Numbered from the stretch's first letter, positions 14,938 to 28,787 are shown. The stretch: 64,000 bases of DNA from Octopus sinensis (GCF_006345805.1 NC_043004.1:14570001-14634000), one strand, 5' to 3'. The notes: a model not told the origin generated them from the letters alone. A program made the numbers and translations.

Positions 14938-17187
14938 AAATTTATTATTCCTATTTCTTTACAAAAATTGTTCGTTGAAAATATTTCTGTTCTTTTGGTA
15001 TTCTTATCAGTTTGTGCGTTACCAAATCAAAGATGTAATATTCAGTGCAATTGTTGATAAAACTGTCAGGCATTGCATTCATTCAGTCATTCAACTTATC
15101 CAGTGTATTAATTCTTTATTGTATTTAAAAAAAAGCATTTGAACTATGATCTGTTTCAGGAGGTGGCCACAGTAGGATTTCTCCGATGATTTGGTTCTTT
15201 GGTCACATTTTCGATGATTCTGAGAACACTTATAAAATATTTCTATAGGTTTTTAGTTAAGTCATTGAGTACTGCTGGAGGGATTGTTCTGTGGTTAGGT
15301 AACATATCGATTCAGTTGTTTCAATCTCTTTTGTAACTCATACATACTTTTCAATGATTTACAGGTGACGAATATTCTATTGGTAGAACATTGTAAATCT
15401 CATTGTTTTCAGTTACTCAGGCATCAACATTATCTGTTGTTTTAACATCAGAGAGGTAGGATTTCCTTTCAACCTCGAAAACAATGTTATTTTTGTAATA
15501 TTTGCAATTTATTATCTTTCCATTAAATATGAGCAGAATACAATTGTCTGAGTGCATTCTAATAAAGAATGATGTGACACGGCACAAGCAGAAGTCCAAT
15601 ATGGTTTGCTGCGCTGCTTGAGGCTAAAATGTCGATTTTCTCTACAAAATAAGCAACACTTTTGTTATCTATCTCAATATTAGCAGAATCGCACTACACT
15701 AGTAATTGTAAAATATTTTCGCTTCGTTTATTTAGATGTTTAGTGTAATGCCCAGCAGTCTTATTTAACCTAAACTTTCACTCAAGTAAAATATCTGTAA
15801 AATATCATAGTATAGGTGAAACAATGCATTTTATTAATGATTTTAATAACTAAATTTGTATTCAGAAGTGTCACATCTTGAATGCTTATATTTAAATAAA
15901 TGTTATTCGTTTTTTCTTACTTTCTATATTTCGTCAGACGAGTTTTAAAGAAGACATTTAAATCTCCAAGTGTGTTTTCATTTAGTTTCCCCATTAGTAA
16001 TTAATTTCTTTCCACTCTTAAATATTTTCACTTTTTAATCACAGTAGAGACGCAAAGGAATATGCATCTTCATGAGTTATTTCCTTTTTTAAGTAATGAA
16101 AGACAGGTTTTGTCTTCTCTCAATTCTGATCAGTTTTTAAAAAATACATTGACGCTTGAATTTTTAAAAGTCCGAAAATTCTTTTCCTTCATTTACTTAA
16201 TATAAAGAAAATTATTCATTGATGGTTTTTGGCAGTGAATGTCTGGAAAGTAGCCATTTTGAATGACTTCCAGGAGATCATAAATTGTTTTAAATTTTGC
16301 TGGCATAGTTAAAGATAGTTAAGTTCGATTCATTTCATACACAATGGAATTTATGATGCGTAGAATGTTGGACCTGTCCCGCTTAATGGAGTTGATGGTT
16401 AAAATTCTAAGAGAAAATTCTTATCAAACGTATGTTGACTCGTAAATCACGTTTTGGAAACGTATGCGAAAATATGGTCCGTGACTATAAATATCTTAAT
16501 TTCTAATTTTTATTTTCTCTTCGTAAGAGATATATTATTGGGAGTGTGAGCGGAAATATGGATAACTGTAACAATTCTAAAATCAGATTATATACATATG
16601 TGTCTATATATACATACATGTATAAATCATATATATATATATATGTATATATATATATGTACACACGGAGAAAGAGGAGAGAGAGAGAGTAAGAGAGAAA
16701 GTGAAAGAAAGAAGGAGTGAAAAAGAAAGAGAGAGAAAGTTATGTGAATATAATTACTCCTCAAATTACATTATTTGAGAAGCATGCAACTATTGGTCTA
16801 TTGTATAAAAGTAATGATTTAAAAATTGGCCAGAAAGCCGTTCCAAATATAACATAAAAATTGATATAAATATCACCAGGGCAGTAAACATAGATCCTAA
16901 CTACAACTCGAGTATGAACAATAATGAACGCCAGCAGTAACATCACTTTATTTATGTTGTGTTATTTATACTACGACTCGTACTTGGATGTGTTTAGAGT
17001 TCAAAATATTGCATTGGTTGTGCTTCTTGATCCACCCTGTTGTTTTGTAAAAATGAACTACATTGTAAAAAGTTGAGTAATTCTGAAGTCGTAGAAGATT
17101 TTAATACGTCATTACTAGAACGTCTTGAGTTATCACATGTATTTCGTTTGGTTAACTTCTATATACTGTTATATATATATATATAGG

Positions 17188-17452
17188 TAAAAACGGTAAG
17201 ATAACAAAAGAAAGAAAGAAACCTCAATATTATGTAAATAGAGGAAATTTATCTGTAAAATAATACGTGACAATTATTCAATACCCAAGATAAAACTCTG
17301 AGTTTCGGATGCCGTACTGGAAATCCACAACACCACCGCTTCGGTTATCTGGCCATCTCAGATAACCGAAGAAATGGTGTTGTGGATTTCCACCTCGGCA
17401 TGCGAAACTGAGAGTTTTATCTTGGCTATTGAATAATTGTCACATATTATTT

Positions 17453-17456
<4 letters not shown>
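17188..17456. mobile_element. Head-to-head pair of PLE pLTR copies inside (TA)n (fold-back)
   Basis: 17188-17353 is a - strand copy and 17357-17456 a + strand copy of the 8120-8293 terminal repeat; each carries the hammerhead-like motif (17288-17350 -, 17360-17422 +). Confidence 0.88.
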
Positions 17457-17531
<75 letters not shown>

Positions 17532-17541
17532 AGTATATATA

Positions 17542-18016
17542 CCGCAAATCCTCGAGTATAGTCCGCCCTTGAGTATAATACGTAAGGGAATTTTAGGGGG
17601 CTGTACCTCTGAAAAACCTAAACCTTGTATATAATACGCACCCCTTCACTAACTTGAGTCAAGGAGGTCTATATAACGTCCTTGGTTTGTAAAAATGTAT
17701 AGGGCAACGTCCTTTATTATTAGTGTATATATAACATAATGCAAACATGTAGCCTTTTTGTGCATTTTGTTAGCAGAAAAAAAAATAAGAGTAATAACGT
17801 TTAATAAATGTTGCTAACTGCAAGTTATGGATGATTTAAGGTATTTACGCGCCCGACATCACAAAATGCGTCTGAATATACATTACCGGACAGCAAATAG
17901 ATACTCGGACATTGCTTAGAAAATAATTTTCATTTTTAACCTCGTATATAGTACGCTTAGGGATTTTGACCTTTAAATTTTGGAAAAAAATGCGGATTAT
18001 ACTCGAGGATTTACAG
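17542..18016. mobile_element. Non-autonomous Tc1/mariner-superfamily MITE
   Basis: 25-bp TIRs CCGCAAATCCTCGAGTATAGTCCGC and reverse complement CTGTAAATCCTCGAGTATAATCCGC (3 mismatches), flanked by TA on both sides; no ORF. Confidence 0.88.
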
Positions 18017-18024
18017 TATATATA

Positions 18025-18068
<44 letters not shown>

Positions 18069-18099
18069 ATAACCGTAAATATACATATGTTTTGTTTGT

Positions 18100-18390
18100 A
18101 CCTTCTCGAGCCATGCCTGGCACATTTGGGCTGGTTTCCCAGCATCATTGGCATATAGGTTCCCCACCTGGACGGGCCGCCGGTCCATCGCGGGTGAGTT
18201 GTTAGATGCAGGAGGAAAAAACGAGAGAAAGTTGTGGCGAAAGAGCTAGCAGAAGTTCGCTATTACCTTCTGCCTGAGCCGCGTGGAGCTTAGGTGTTTC
18301 ACTCATACAGACACATATCGCTTGGAGTGAGATTCGAACCCACGACCGCTTGACTGCGAGTTCTCTGAACTAACAACTAGGCGCCTCCAC
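18100..18390 (-). mobile_element. tRNA-derived SINE with a GCGATGGACCGGCG.CCCGTCCAGG central motif
   Basis: Reverse complement begins GTGGAGGCGCCTAGTTG..GGGTTCGAATCTC; related to 28015-28297. Confidence 0.8.
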
Positions 18391-18394
18391 AAAT

Positions 18395-18487
<93 letters not shown>

Positions 18488-18495
18488 CTTTGGAC

Positions 18496-18541
<46 letters not shown>

Positions 18542-19092
18542 CTTTGAACTTATATATATATATTTAAACTTATGTATATGTAATGTTCAAGATAGAAATA
18601 ATGTTCCTCTTTCTATAGTTATTACGTCGGAACGTTTTTAATGTAATCCCCATAAAGACAATAACCTTAGTATAATATGAGTATAATTATTCTAAATCGG
18701 GTAATTAGTGAGTCATCATTAAACTAAAATAATTTTTCCATTATACGGTATATTTTCAACATATTTGTCGAGCACACACACACACAGTAACAAAAGCATT
18801 TCATCGTGTGCTACGAATATAAAAGTTAATAATTCCTAAAATCACAGAACAGAATTAATATGAAAACAAGCTATATAAAATAGAATAGATTGTATGTTAC
18901 TGTGTTATGAAAAATCAACGATTTGTTACACACATAAAGGTGACACACAAGCTTGCTTAAATGTGTAGACTCTTGTTAACATGAGACTGTCTAAAATCAC
19001 CAGAGAGGAAGAACGTTACTTCAAGCAGGAATTTATCGCTAGCACTCATATCGGAAGGTGTGACTGAGAGTCTTAAATGGAATTTTATAAGC

Positions 19093-19480
19093 AACTAGCA
19101 GTATCGCCCGGCGTTGCTCAGGTTTGTAAGGGAAATAACTATAAAGCATTTTTAGAGAGTTATAGCAAAAAAATAGCAAAAAAATGGAAAAAAATGATGG
19201 TAAATATTTTTTTGAGATTTAAAAAAGGTAGAGTTGCGTCCCCTAGACAGTTTGTGGTTCGTATTCCTGATTCTCGACCCCATGTCGAATTTATCGATTT
19301 TTTTCAGAACTGGGAGAACTTTTCAAAATTTTCGCTGCGTTAGTTTTGAATTATGACATTGGGCTATGTGTGTGTCAAGTTTCATCAGAATCGGTTGAAA
19401 GCCGTGGTCAGGGTGAGGGTACAAGCAAACAGACACACAGAAACACGCACAGACAAACTGCCGTTTAGATAGACAGAGAT
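19093..19480 (+). mobile_element. Helentron-associated non-autonomous element (HINE/DINE-1-like)
   Basis: 5-prime AACTAGCAGTATCGCCCGGCGTTGC, internal AAGTTTCATCAGAATCGGT, ACAG/ACAC tract and 3-prime GCCGTTTAGATAGACAGAGAT; this layout is typical of HINEs. Confidence 0.75.
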
Positions 19481-20129
19481 TTTGATATTGCAATTGTGTA
19501 TTTATCATAACCGAATCTAGATCCCACTCTCTAAATCCTTCACAATACTTCACAGAAGTCTCTGATTTTAGGCAAGGATGAGTGAGACCTGAAGGGCAGA
19601 TTGCACAATTTCCCAACTTCTATGGAAAGATCTAAAATTAGTTTACACAAAAGTATTTTGCCTGCTGTCACAGAATCAACAAGGAAGAATATGCCTCCTC
19701 ACTCAAATGGCACTAGTTGTTTGGCCGTTTGACATTCTTTTCTTTTTATCCGTACTTTTATAAAGTATATTTCCCTTAGGTGGATATTACTTCTCTAGCT
19801 GCTGAGTTTCATACTTGTTCATACTCTAACCGATATCAATACTGTTCATGATTCCTGCCAGCATTGGATTGTAATATATTCCTAATAAATATCAGTGCTG
19901 AGCTGTACATAGTGGAAATAAGGATTCGATATAGGGTTTAATATTCTGTTTGATACAGCATTTTTTGTCAAGCTATTCTTGGAGATTGAGTCAGAGGTGA
20001 TGAGAATTTGATGGCAAAATGATAACTGAGAACATCCCTTGCTAGCTTGGAAAATGAGGGACAAAAGATCTTGATGTCTTGATATTTCGAAATCATTAAT
20101 GCATAGGACTTTTAAAGTATATTTAAAGC

Positions 20130-20902
20130 TAACTGCATACAAGAAACAATACCGGGAGTTAATTCCAGCAGCTTCCTAGAAGAAACGGCTCGACAGGGGT
20201 AAAACCCTGTGAGCTGAGATGAAGCGCGCCGTTAACAAACACTTGATCTGGTCCAACGAGAATGACAGGCTTTATGTACATACCGCAAGAGACTTACCTG
20301 AAGGTGGCAAGAATGATTTACACCGTCAAAAACAAGCTTCACTCATTGTGTGAGCCACAGTGGCATCTGATTGGTCCAAGTCCCCTTTGATCTTCAGCGA
20401 TGCTAGCGTCAAGTTCAACAGTGAAGATTACGTGGAAATGTTGGATGAGAAATGTTATCCTTTGGCGACCGTTATATCACCACTCAAGACGAGGCCCTGC
20501 TCTACATATTCAATTTCACACAGAGGTGATGCAAAGAGCATTTCAGCGGTATTTGGGTCAAGACGATGTGGCCTCCCTCAAGTTCAGACATCAATCCCAT
20601 GGACTTTACTTTCTGTTCCATCCTAGAAAGTAATGTTTCTGCTCACTCCTATTCAAATGTGTAGGGTCTGAGAAAAGCCCTTTTGTCTTCATGGCTGAAG
20701 TTGGATGAAGTGGTGATACGGCACCCAAGAATATGTTTGCAGGTTATGATGAAGACGAAAGGGGGTCATTTTGAAATGTAATTACTGCTATGGATTGACA
20801 ATTTAGGTTAGAACGTCTGTGCCAAATTTCATTATCTTACCTTTAGTATATTTTCAATAATTGAGAAATATCAATGGGTAAATCTTTCTGGAACACAATG
20901 CA
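20130..20902 (+). mobile_element. Decayed Tc1-like transposase (DDE region) with a probable right end
   Basis: Across frameshifts: VASDWSKSPLIFSDASVKFNSEDYVEML..KTMWPPSSSDINPMDF (WPP.SPDLNP motif). Confidence 0.85.
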
Positions 20903-21639
20903 TTTCGGTGCGAAAACCATTCTTCGATTTGGCGACCGAAATTGACAACATTTAAAACTGTCGTTGTAGAGTTAATTCTGTTTCAATATTGTAGTTAGTT
21001 AAGAGCGAATAATCCCGATAGATGTTAAAAATTGACTCTGTTCCTTCACTCTGTCTTCCTTTAATTATTTGTCTATTGAAAATTCGGAGTTTTCTACATT
21101 TCTCATTTTGATGATGCTAATGCTATTTCGCATTACAGGTCTACTTTAAAATGATTAAAAATTATGTTCCGGTTTCTTGAGTAATTAAGTTTGAATATTC
21201 TTACTGTAATTCCCATACAGACGGTAACCTTAAAATGTTAGAGTATAATTATTCAAAATTGGGTAATTAGTGAATAATTGTTACACCAAAATATTTTTCG
21301 ATGATAAGTATATGTTCAACATATTTGTCGAGGAAACGCACACACACATGAATATAATATAATATAGATTCGGTCGTTGTCTGACTGTGATGAATGAGAG
21401 TTAGTCTCGAGTTAAAATCATCTTTGCCTGTAGTAGTTTGCTTATAAAACAATGAGCACCTAGAAAGAAACATAAAATCTTTACTCAAATACTTTTGTGA
21501 ACATGAAAGCATGCGAGACACAATTTTCTATGCAAACAAAGCAGCCAAGACATGCCTGAATAATAATATAATAATCTCAAAATCTACTACACTTACCTAC
21601 ATCCTGTTGAAAAGAGATTTGGTGCACCCAATAACTAAG

Positions 21640-22020
21640 GGTTTAAAAACTGGACCTTGCAACAGTTGTGCGTGATGTGTGGAGTTCTGATGAAAGTTTT
21701 CGAACCTTTGTTCTCGGATTTTGTTCAACCAAAGAATTTAATCCGTCATGCCAAATAACTAATTTTGGCCTACCCTTTGGTATAATTTCAAGGCTATCAT
21801 CACCTAAACGAGAGCTTTGGGACCGTCTCTGAACAGTTCTGATGTCAACAAAACCATTACCAAAGACCCACTTGATATTCCGTAGAGTTTCTGCGGCAGA
21901 GTGACCCAGTTTGTACTCATACGAGAAAATCACTTAAAATAGTTTGGTTGTTATCATTTTCATAAGGTCTGTGAGTACGAATTTTGTATAGCAATATTGT
22001 TGGGAAAGAAAAGAAGTTAC
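21640..22020 (-). mobile_element. mariner transposase N-terminal HTH fragment
   Basis: IFSYEYKLGHSAAETLRNI..FGNGFVDIRTVQR..GDDSLE..KGRPK matches the mariner N-terminus. Confidence 0.88.
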
Positions 22021-22159
22021 GATAAAATGCAAGGTATACTTAACTGAGTTTCTAAATGACTGAAATAGCAAGTAATTAAGAATGCGACATTTAATGTGAA
22101 ACACCCTAATATATATGCGTGTGTATACGTGTGTGTTTATATATATTTATATATATAAG

Positions 22160-23120
22160 CACATGTGATTAGTGGAATCCACTCAAGCCCAGAAAAAGTC
22201 AACGGTAGCGTCCCTCAAGGGACTGTCTTGGCCCCGCTACATAAATGATATTTCAAGCGTCATCAAACACAGCAAACTAAAAATATTCGCCGATGACTCC
22301 AAGTTCCAAAAAATTATCATCGGAGAAGAAAACCAAACTGAACTCCAGTCTGATCTACATGTTTTAAGTCAATGGGCAGACAAAAACAAAATGCGACTAA
22401 ATGAGGAAAAATTTGAACTGACGCATTTTAGAGAGAAGGTCCTTACAAAAACAACCATATTCTCTTCCTTCTTTGGAACCACAGCGTCTAATATCAAAGA
22501 CCTAGGAGTAATTGTTGACATCAATCTCAGCTGGAGTGCCCACATCAACAAAGTAGATATAGCACGTAAGAGGAGCTTCTGGATCCAAGAGCCTTCCGGT
22601 CGAGAGAACAAGGCATCATCATTCTTCTTTTCTCCCCCTTTGTACGGCCACACCTAGACTACTGCTACCCACTATAGTCTCGCGCACATAACAAAACATT
22701 TCAAACATTGAATCACCCATGATCTCGATAATTGGGATCGCCTTAAAGCATTGAAACTCTCCTCTCTCTAGCGGCGCTGCGAGCGATATATCATTTGCAC
22801 GATGTGAACATACCATCAGAATTGCCCAAACGATCTCAACAAGGCTAGGATCACGTATTGAACATGCTCTGCCCTATTTAACATTGTCCCGAAACAAATC
22901 AAAGAGGGAAAAGATCCCATAACCCTTAAAAAGAATATGGATAATTTTCTTCAAGGGAAACCAGATAAGTAACCTACACCGGGATACAACTCACTCAACA
23001 AAAACTCCCTACTAGAATGGTTCTTGATACCACATAACTTGACTTAAAATGTAGTTAGTAAATCTTATCAGGTGGTGCTATTAAGTTAGGCATAGCCTGG
23101 GCCAATCTTCGGCCGAACTA
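22160..23120 (+). mobile_element. CR1/L2-group LINE, decayed RT plus 3-prime end
   Basis: SVPQGTVL, YINDI, KIFADDSK, LQSDL..W..KNKMRLNEEK, KDLGVIVD motifs. Confidence 0.9.
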
Positions 23121-23264
23121 CATCTTAGGTTATCTGAGTTTATAGAGATATCTACATATATGTATATGCTATCCATTGGTGTACAATGCGTCTGTTATAC
23201 ACGTGTATTTATTTCAATATAAGAATATATTAACGTGTGTAAGTATACTAAACTACGCAGTGAA

Positions 23265-23348
23265 ACACACACACGCACACGCGCACGCACACGCGCACGC
23301 ACACGCGCACGCACACGCGCACGCACACGCGCACGCACACGCACACAT
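23265..23348. repeat. Alternating purine-pyrimidine 10-bp repeat (ACGCGCACGC)n
   Basis: Direct reading. Confidence 0.9.
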
Positions 23349-23789
23349 ACAAGTAAGAATGTTTGTATATAAGCTGATAACACCAACTGAGTTATAATCA
23401 ATTGTTCACCACTCCTCAAGTGTCTAAGAATTAAAATCGTTTTGATGCCGCTGTCATTTTATAGAGAACATCTGATTTTTAATTTTATCTGCCGTTATCA
23501 TTTTCGAGCTGGTGGCAGTAACCACCAAGCGACTGCCATGCCTTCTCTTAAAACGAAGATAATTCCAGTATATAAATATTTTGTCCTGTAAGTATTTAAT
23601 ATATCCTGTGCTGTCATTTCATTTGCATTTCATATATACACTGATACATGCACATATGCATAAAAAATATATGTGCACACACATTCACTCCCACGTGCAC
23701 GTACACACACATACAAGCATCATATACATATTGTCAATATCTATACTCCAAGAAACCTATATGGTTAAGGGAATACGTTAAAAATTATC

Positions 23790-24352
23790 CAACGAAATAT
23801 TCCTCTAGTTTCTTATCTTATAGGTTTATTAGGTCATTGACTAAAAGAACTAAGGGCATTATTGATCTCGATCATTGGAACCGCCTTAAAACATGGAAAT
23901 TCTATACTTTCCAGCGGCGCCGAGAGTGATACATCATTTGCACGATGTGGAAAATATACTACAAGCATTGCCCAAAAGACCTCAACATTAGCTTGCAAAT
24001 TCATCCAAGGCTCGGACCACGGAGCATAGTCCCCTAAACAATTCAGGTTCATGACACATAAATACACTGCAACACAATTTCTTTTCCTCAACAGGCCCTG
24101 CCCCATTTAATATTGTCTCGAAACAGATCAAAAAGAAAAAGGACTCCATCACCTTTAAAAGGCATCTGGACACATTTCTTCAGGTAATACCAGATATGCA
24201 ACCTATACTTGGATACAACTCACTCAACAAGAACTTCCAACTCGAATGGACCAGGATGTCGCAAAACTTGACTTTAAAGGGATTTAGCTAATACCACCAG
24301 GTGGTGCTATTATGCTAGACATGGCCAGGGCCAATCTTTGGCCGAAACCTAT
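23790..24352 (+). mobile_element. 3-prime fragment of the same CR1-type LINE family
   Basis: WNRLK..FQRRRE..YIICTMWKI; 3-prime motif CAGGTGGTGCTATT..GGGCCAATCTT.GGCCGAA shared with 23070-23110. Confidence 0.85.
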
Positions 24353-24447
24353 ATATATATCTGTCACTTTTGCCGAACCGCTAGCTACACGGACTTAAAC
24401 AGACCAGCATCGGTTGTCAAACGATAGTGGGGCGACAAACACACCAC

Positions 24448-24511
<64 letters not shown>

Positions 24512-24512
24512 A

Positions 24513-24650
24513 TACGATGGGCTCCCAAATGCACTCAGAAGGGTTTGGTCGTCCCGAGGCTATAGTGGGAGACACTTGCCCAAGGTGCTACGCAGAGGCA
24601 CAGAAACCATGTGGTTGGGAGGCAAGCTAATTACCTCACAGCCACCCCTA
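24513..24650 (-). mobile_element. SINE family B
   Basis: Reverse complement similar to 36472-36640. Confidence 0.8.
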
Positions 24651-24834
24651 CCTATATGTATATATTATTAGTTTAAATTATTAAAAAAATTTCTTAAATT
24701 TTAACTTTAATTTAAATATTTTAATTTGGAATTTTATATTTTTTATATTTTATATTTTATATTTTTTTAATTAATTTTTTTCTATGTATTGGCTTATGAT
24801 TTTCACTGAAATTATATATATAAATATATACACT

Positions 24835-25001
24835 ACGATACACTACGTGCGAGGTTTAAATGGGATATCTTCTGGAGCTAATTCTATCGACAAATACGCT
24901 TCAAGGCGGTACAGCAGTAATAGAAATTATATATATATATATTTGTCGATAGAATTAGCTCCAGAAGATATCCCATTTAAACCTCGCACGTAGTGTATCG
25001 T
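24835..25001. repeat. Perfect 62-bp inverted repeat (24835-24896 / 24940-25001) with a 43-nt spacer
   Basis: Arms compared base by base. Confidence 0.92.
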
Positions 25002-25349
25002 TTACTTTTTGCCGATTCACTAAGTAACGCGAACGTAAACAAACTGACACCGATTGGTAGATGTTAATCTCAAATGCATGCGCCCTCTTCACACACACGC
25101 TGAGTCCCTAGCATTCCGATTTCTTTTACAGGGCTTAGAAAAACTGAAGAACCGCTGCAATAAGTGAATTATCCTGAGAGGCGAATATGTTGAATAAAAT
25201 CATAATTAATTGATACTTCTGTAGTTTCTGTTACAGAAATCCAGGAATTTTCCACAGCCTCGCCATGATAGATTGTTAGACACTGCACACATTGTTTTTC
25301 TCTATTTTCTTTTTCGATCCTTTTCTTCTCTCCTTGTTTTTTCTTGTCC

Positions 25350-25385
25350 CTTTCTGTAGAAGGGCTTAGGCTCGAAACGTAAAAG
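25350..25385 (+). ncRNA. Minimal type I hammerhead-like motif with CUGUAGA core, in a short repeat element (about 25290-25470)
   Basis: CUUU-CUGUAGA-A-GGGC(UUAG)GCUC-GAAA-CGUA^-AAAG. Confidence 0.6.
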
Positions 25386-25949
25386 ACTTTTACTATTCCT
25401 GAGCGTTATACTAATACATCTGTTTGTTTTGTACACCACCTGTCTTCGTCTTTTGCTTGTTTTGGTAAACTCTCCCTATATATATAAACAAATACATAAA
25501 TGCATGTATGAGGCAACTACGCATGCGGACGCGTGTGGTTTTCCATGGTTCCATAGGTTGATAGTTATCTTTTAGTGAATTGAACTGAAAACAAAAAAAA
25601 CAGTGTATGGAATCAGGTCAACACCATTGAAAATCTGTACGTTCATACACTTGTGACTCAACACCAATAAGTGTGATATTTTTGGTAGTGTGCAATGAGT
25701 TTCAATGTGCATGTATCCGGGTGTGCGCATTACGGGTACAGTGGGCATATTATTCTGGTTTATGAAATTGTTTCTCTTGAATGGAAGTTCTATTGCTTGG
25801 AATACAAATGCATTCCATTTCCAAAATAGTTTTTGTTGGCTGCACATGAGTAATGCTCACTGACAAGTTCTTTCTACGCGCTGCCTGTATAGGAAGCGAA
25901 TCATATCGAAGAAAGTTTAATGCAAAGAGTAAATAACTTAAAGTACTTC

Positions 25950-26082
25950 AACAAATAACAACAACAACAACAACAGCAATAATAATAATAATAATAATAA
26001 TGATGATGATGATAATAAAAATAATAATAATAATAATAATAACAATAGTAATAATAATAATATTAATGAGAAGATGATGGTG

Positions 26083-26113
<31 letters not shown>

Positions 26114-26480
26114 TGATGATGATGATAATAAAAATAATAATAATAATAATAATAACAATAGTAATAATAATAATAATAATGAGATGATGATGGTGATAAT
26201 AATAATAATGATAATAATAGTAATAATAATAATAATAATGAGAAGAAGATAATGATGATGAAGAAGAAGAAGGAGAAGAAGAAGAAGAAGAAGAAGAAGA
26301 AGAAGAAGAAGAGAAGAAGAAGAAGAAGAAGAAGAAGAATAGCAACAACAGCAACAGCTACAACAACGTCAGCAACAGCAACAAGGACAGCAGTAACAAC
26401 AACAATAATATCAACAACAACAGCAATAATAATAATGATAGCAATAATAAAAATCATGATGGCAGCAACAACAACTTATA
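25950..26480. repeat. Compound trinucleotide microsatellite (AAC/AAT/GAT/GAA)
   Basis: Direct reading; source of the poly-I/Y/K/T ORFs. Confidence 0.97.
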
Positions 26481-27068
26481 TCGTGCAATAACGCAACCAT
26501 CAACTTTAGAATAGCAAGCATATTTCACAAGTTTATCCTGCCAAGTGATAATTGTATAGCGTTAGAGAACCGTAACACGGATTGGTTATAACATCAAGCG
26601 ATCTGCTTAGTGCATTGCATAGCGAGCACTCAATATTCGACACCAAAACATTGTTATCTGAAAAATATTTTTCGCTGAAAATGAATCAAAAATGTAAAAA
26701 GAAAACTTTCTAAAATCAATATGAGAAAACGTCTATGAATATACACGATAAACCACTTCAGATTTCAAAATGTTTACTCTAGTCTTATCAAAAATCTTCA
26801 AATGGACAATAGTTATCCAGGATATGAATGACACACATTAACGGTGCATTATGGAAGTTTTACGTTCAGCATGACTTCCAGCATTAGAGGAAAAAACTAT
26901 ACATAAGATTGGTCGCGTGAAACTTTGAATAATATTACTTAATGGTGGTCAACAATATACTTTACAATTACATGTATTTAAGAACCACAAAATACAATAT
27001 ACACACACGCACACACACACGAACATACACATACGCACACATACACACACCCATATATATATATAAAT

Positions 27069-27400
27069 ATACAAGGTGGTATGAAAAGCTTCCCGGACTA
27101 GTTCTGTTTAATTAAAAACAGAACTAGTTTTTACCCAAGTTTGAACCTCATTTCCTTCGATATAGCTACCTTGCCAGCAATACAGCGGTTTCCAGCGTTC
27201 CTGCCTCATTTGGAATCCGGCTTCGAAGTCGTTTTCCGTAAGCGAGTCGAGGACCTTCTGCGACTCGATCTCGACAACGCGAAAGAGATGGAAGTCCACA
27301 GTGGTTAAATCTGTCGAAAAGGGCGGGTGCGGAGCGATAGCATTTTTTTTTTTTTGACGAGAAACTCACGGGTGAGGAGTGTTCAGTGACAGGTTGCAGA
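27069..27400 (-). mobile_element. mariner C-terminal fragment with TIR
   Basis: LDSLTENDFEAGFQMRQERW..GSYIEGN matches the mariner C-terminus; TACAAGGTGGTATGAAAAGCTTCCCGGAC is a TIR-like end. Confidence 0.8.
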
Positions 27401-27850
27401 ATTAGCTTTCTCCTTTCTGATTTTTAGAAGCCTAATTTCTCGTTATTGGTATTTAGGCAATGTGTTACATATCACAGGGACCCAATAATTCCAGGTATAA
27501 ACCTGAAATTGTAATCTGGACAGAGTAACTGCAGATTACTCAGTATTTCAGCGTAGGTTTTCTCTTCTTCACTGATCTTCAGCTTTATGTTAACACCAGC
27601 TGGGCAGCTAATTTCCACAACCTTACACAGTTTCTCTTCTCTATCCCAAATATACCAGGTCTATTGTACTTAAATTTTGTAGAAGGGCCATTTCACCAGT
27701 ACTCCTTTTTATTATGAGTGGCTATGGCTTCTACCATACTGTGGGTTCTTATTTCTTTATCCTTCCGATGGATTTCATTACAGTGTGCCCTAGTGACAAA
27801 ATCATGCCTCATCGGTAGATAATAACGTTATGACATTTTCGGACAACTAC
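27400..27850 (-). mobile_element. R4/Dong-type LINE, restriction-like endonuclease fragment
   Basis: RHDFV..H, NRP, KLCKVVEISCPAGVNIKLK..KTY..GIIGSL across frameshifts. Confidence 0.8.
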
Positions 27851-28014
27851 TTATAATGTACGTATGTATGTATGTCATATCAGGGCAATTACCCCCACCT
27901 TTCCAATATATTAAGAAGGTTTAAATTATTATCTGTTGTCCTCAGGGGTAATTGTCCTTGGTGGGGTTATTGTGTCCATGTATGTATTTACGTATGTATG
28001 TATGTATATATATA

Positions 28015-28297
28015 TCACCGTGATGTGTAGCAATCAGATGTTGCAATGCTGGTCACAATGCGCTTCACATTGTTTTAGCCTTGAAATGGCTAAGCGAGCA
28101 GGCAAACAGAAGAAAGAGTGAGAGAAAGTTGCGGCGAAAGAGTACAGCAGGCATCGCCACCACCTCCTACCGGAGCCTCGTGGAGCTTTAGGTGTTTTCG
28201 CTCAATAAACACTCACAATGCCCGGTCTTCGAATCGAAGCCGCGATCCTACGACCACGAGTCCGCTGCCCTCACCACTGGGTCATTGCGCCTCCACA
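28015..28297 (-). mobile_element. tRNA-derived SINE
   Basis: Reverse complement GTGGAGGCGCAATGACCCAGTGGTGAGGGC..TTCGATTC head. Confidence 0.82.
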
Positions 28298-28338
<41 letters not shown>

Positions 28339-28754
28339 CACATACACAAACGCACAAACACAATATCCCCACTCTCGAGCACAAACACACACATTCCAAG
28401 AAAAACACACGTACTTATGCAATATGATTCTAGCAATCACAGTAAACTCTTACAGACACACACACATACACACATACATAGACACGTACATGCACACACT
28501 TACACACACATACCCTGTCAATTACAAGACACACTCGCACAAACACACCCACACGTACACGGATACACACACAAACACACACAAATACAACAGAACCCAC
28601 CCACTTACACACATATATATATATACACACATACGTACACACACACACACAGGAACACGATATGTCCATTTCCTAGTAAAACAACAAACACAAACTCACT
28701 CAAAGAAAAAACACATATACACACGCAATACAATTCCAACAATCATAACACTCA

Positions 28755-28787
<33 letters not shown>

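Noticed and set aside
25938-26491. Poly-Ile/Tyr/Lys/Ser ORFs
   Set aside because: Trinucleotide microsatellite
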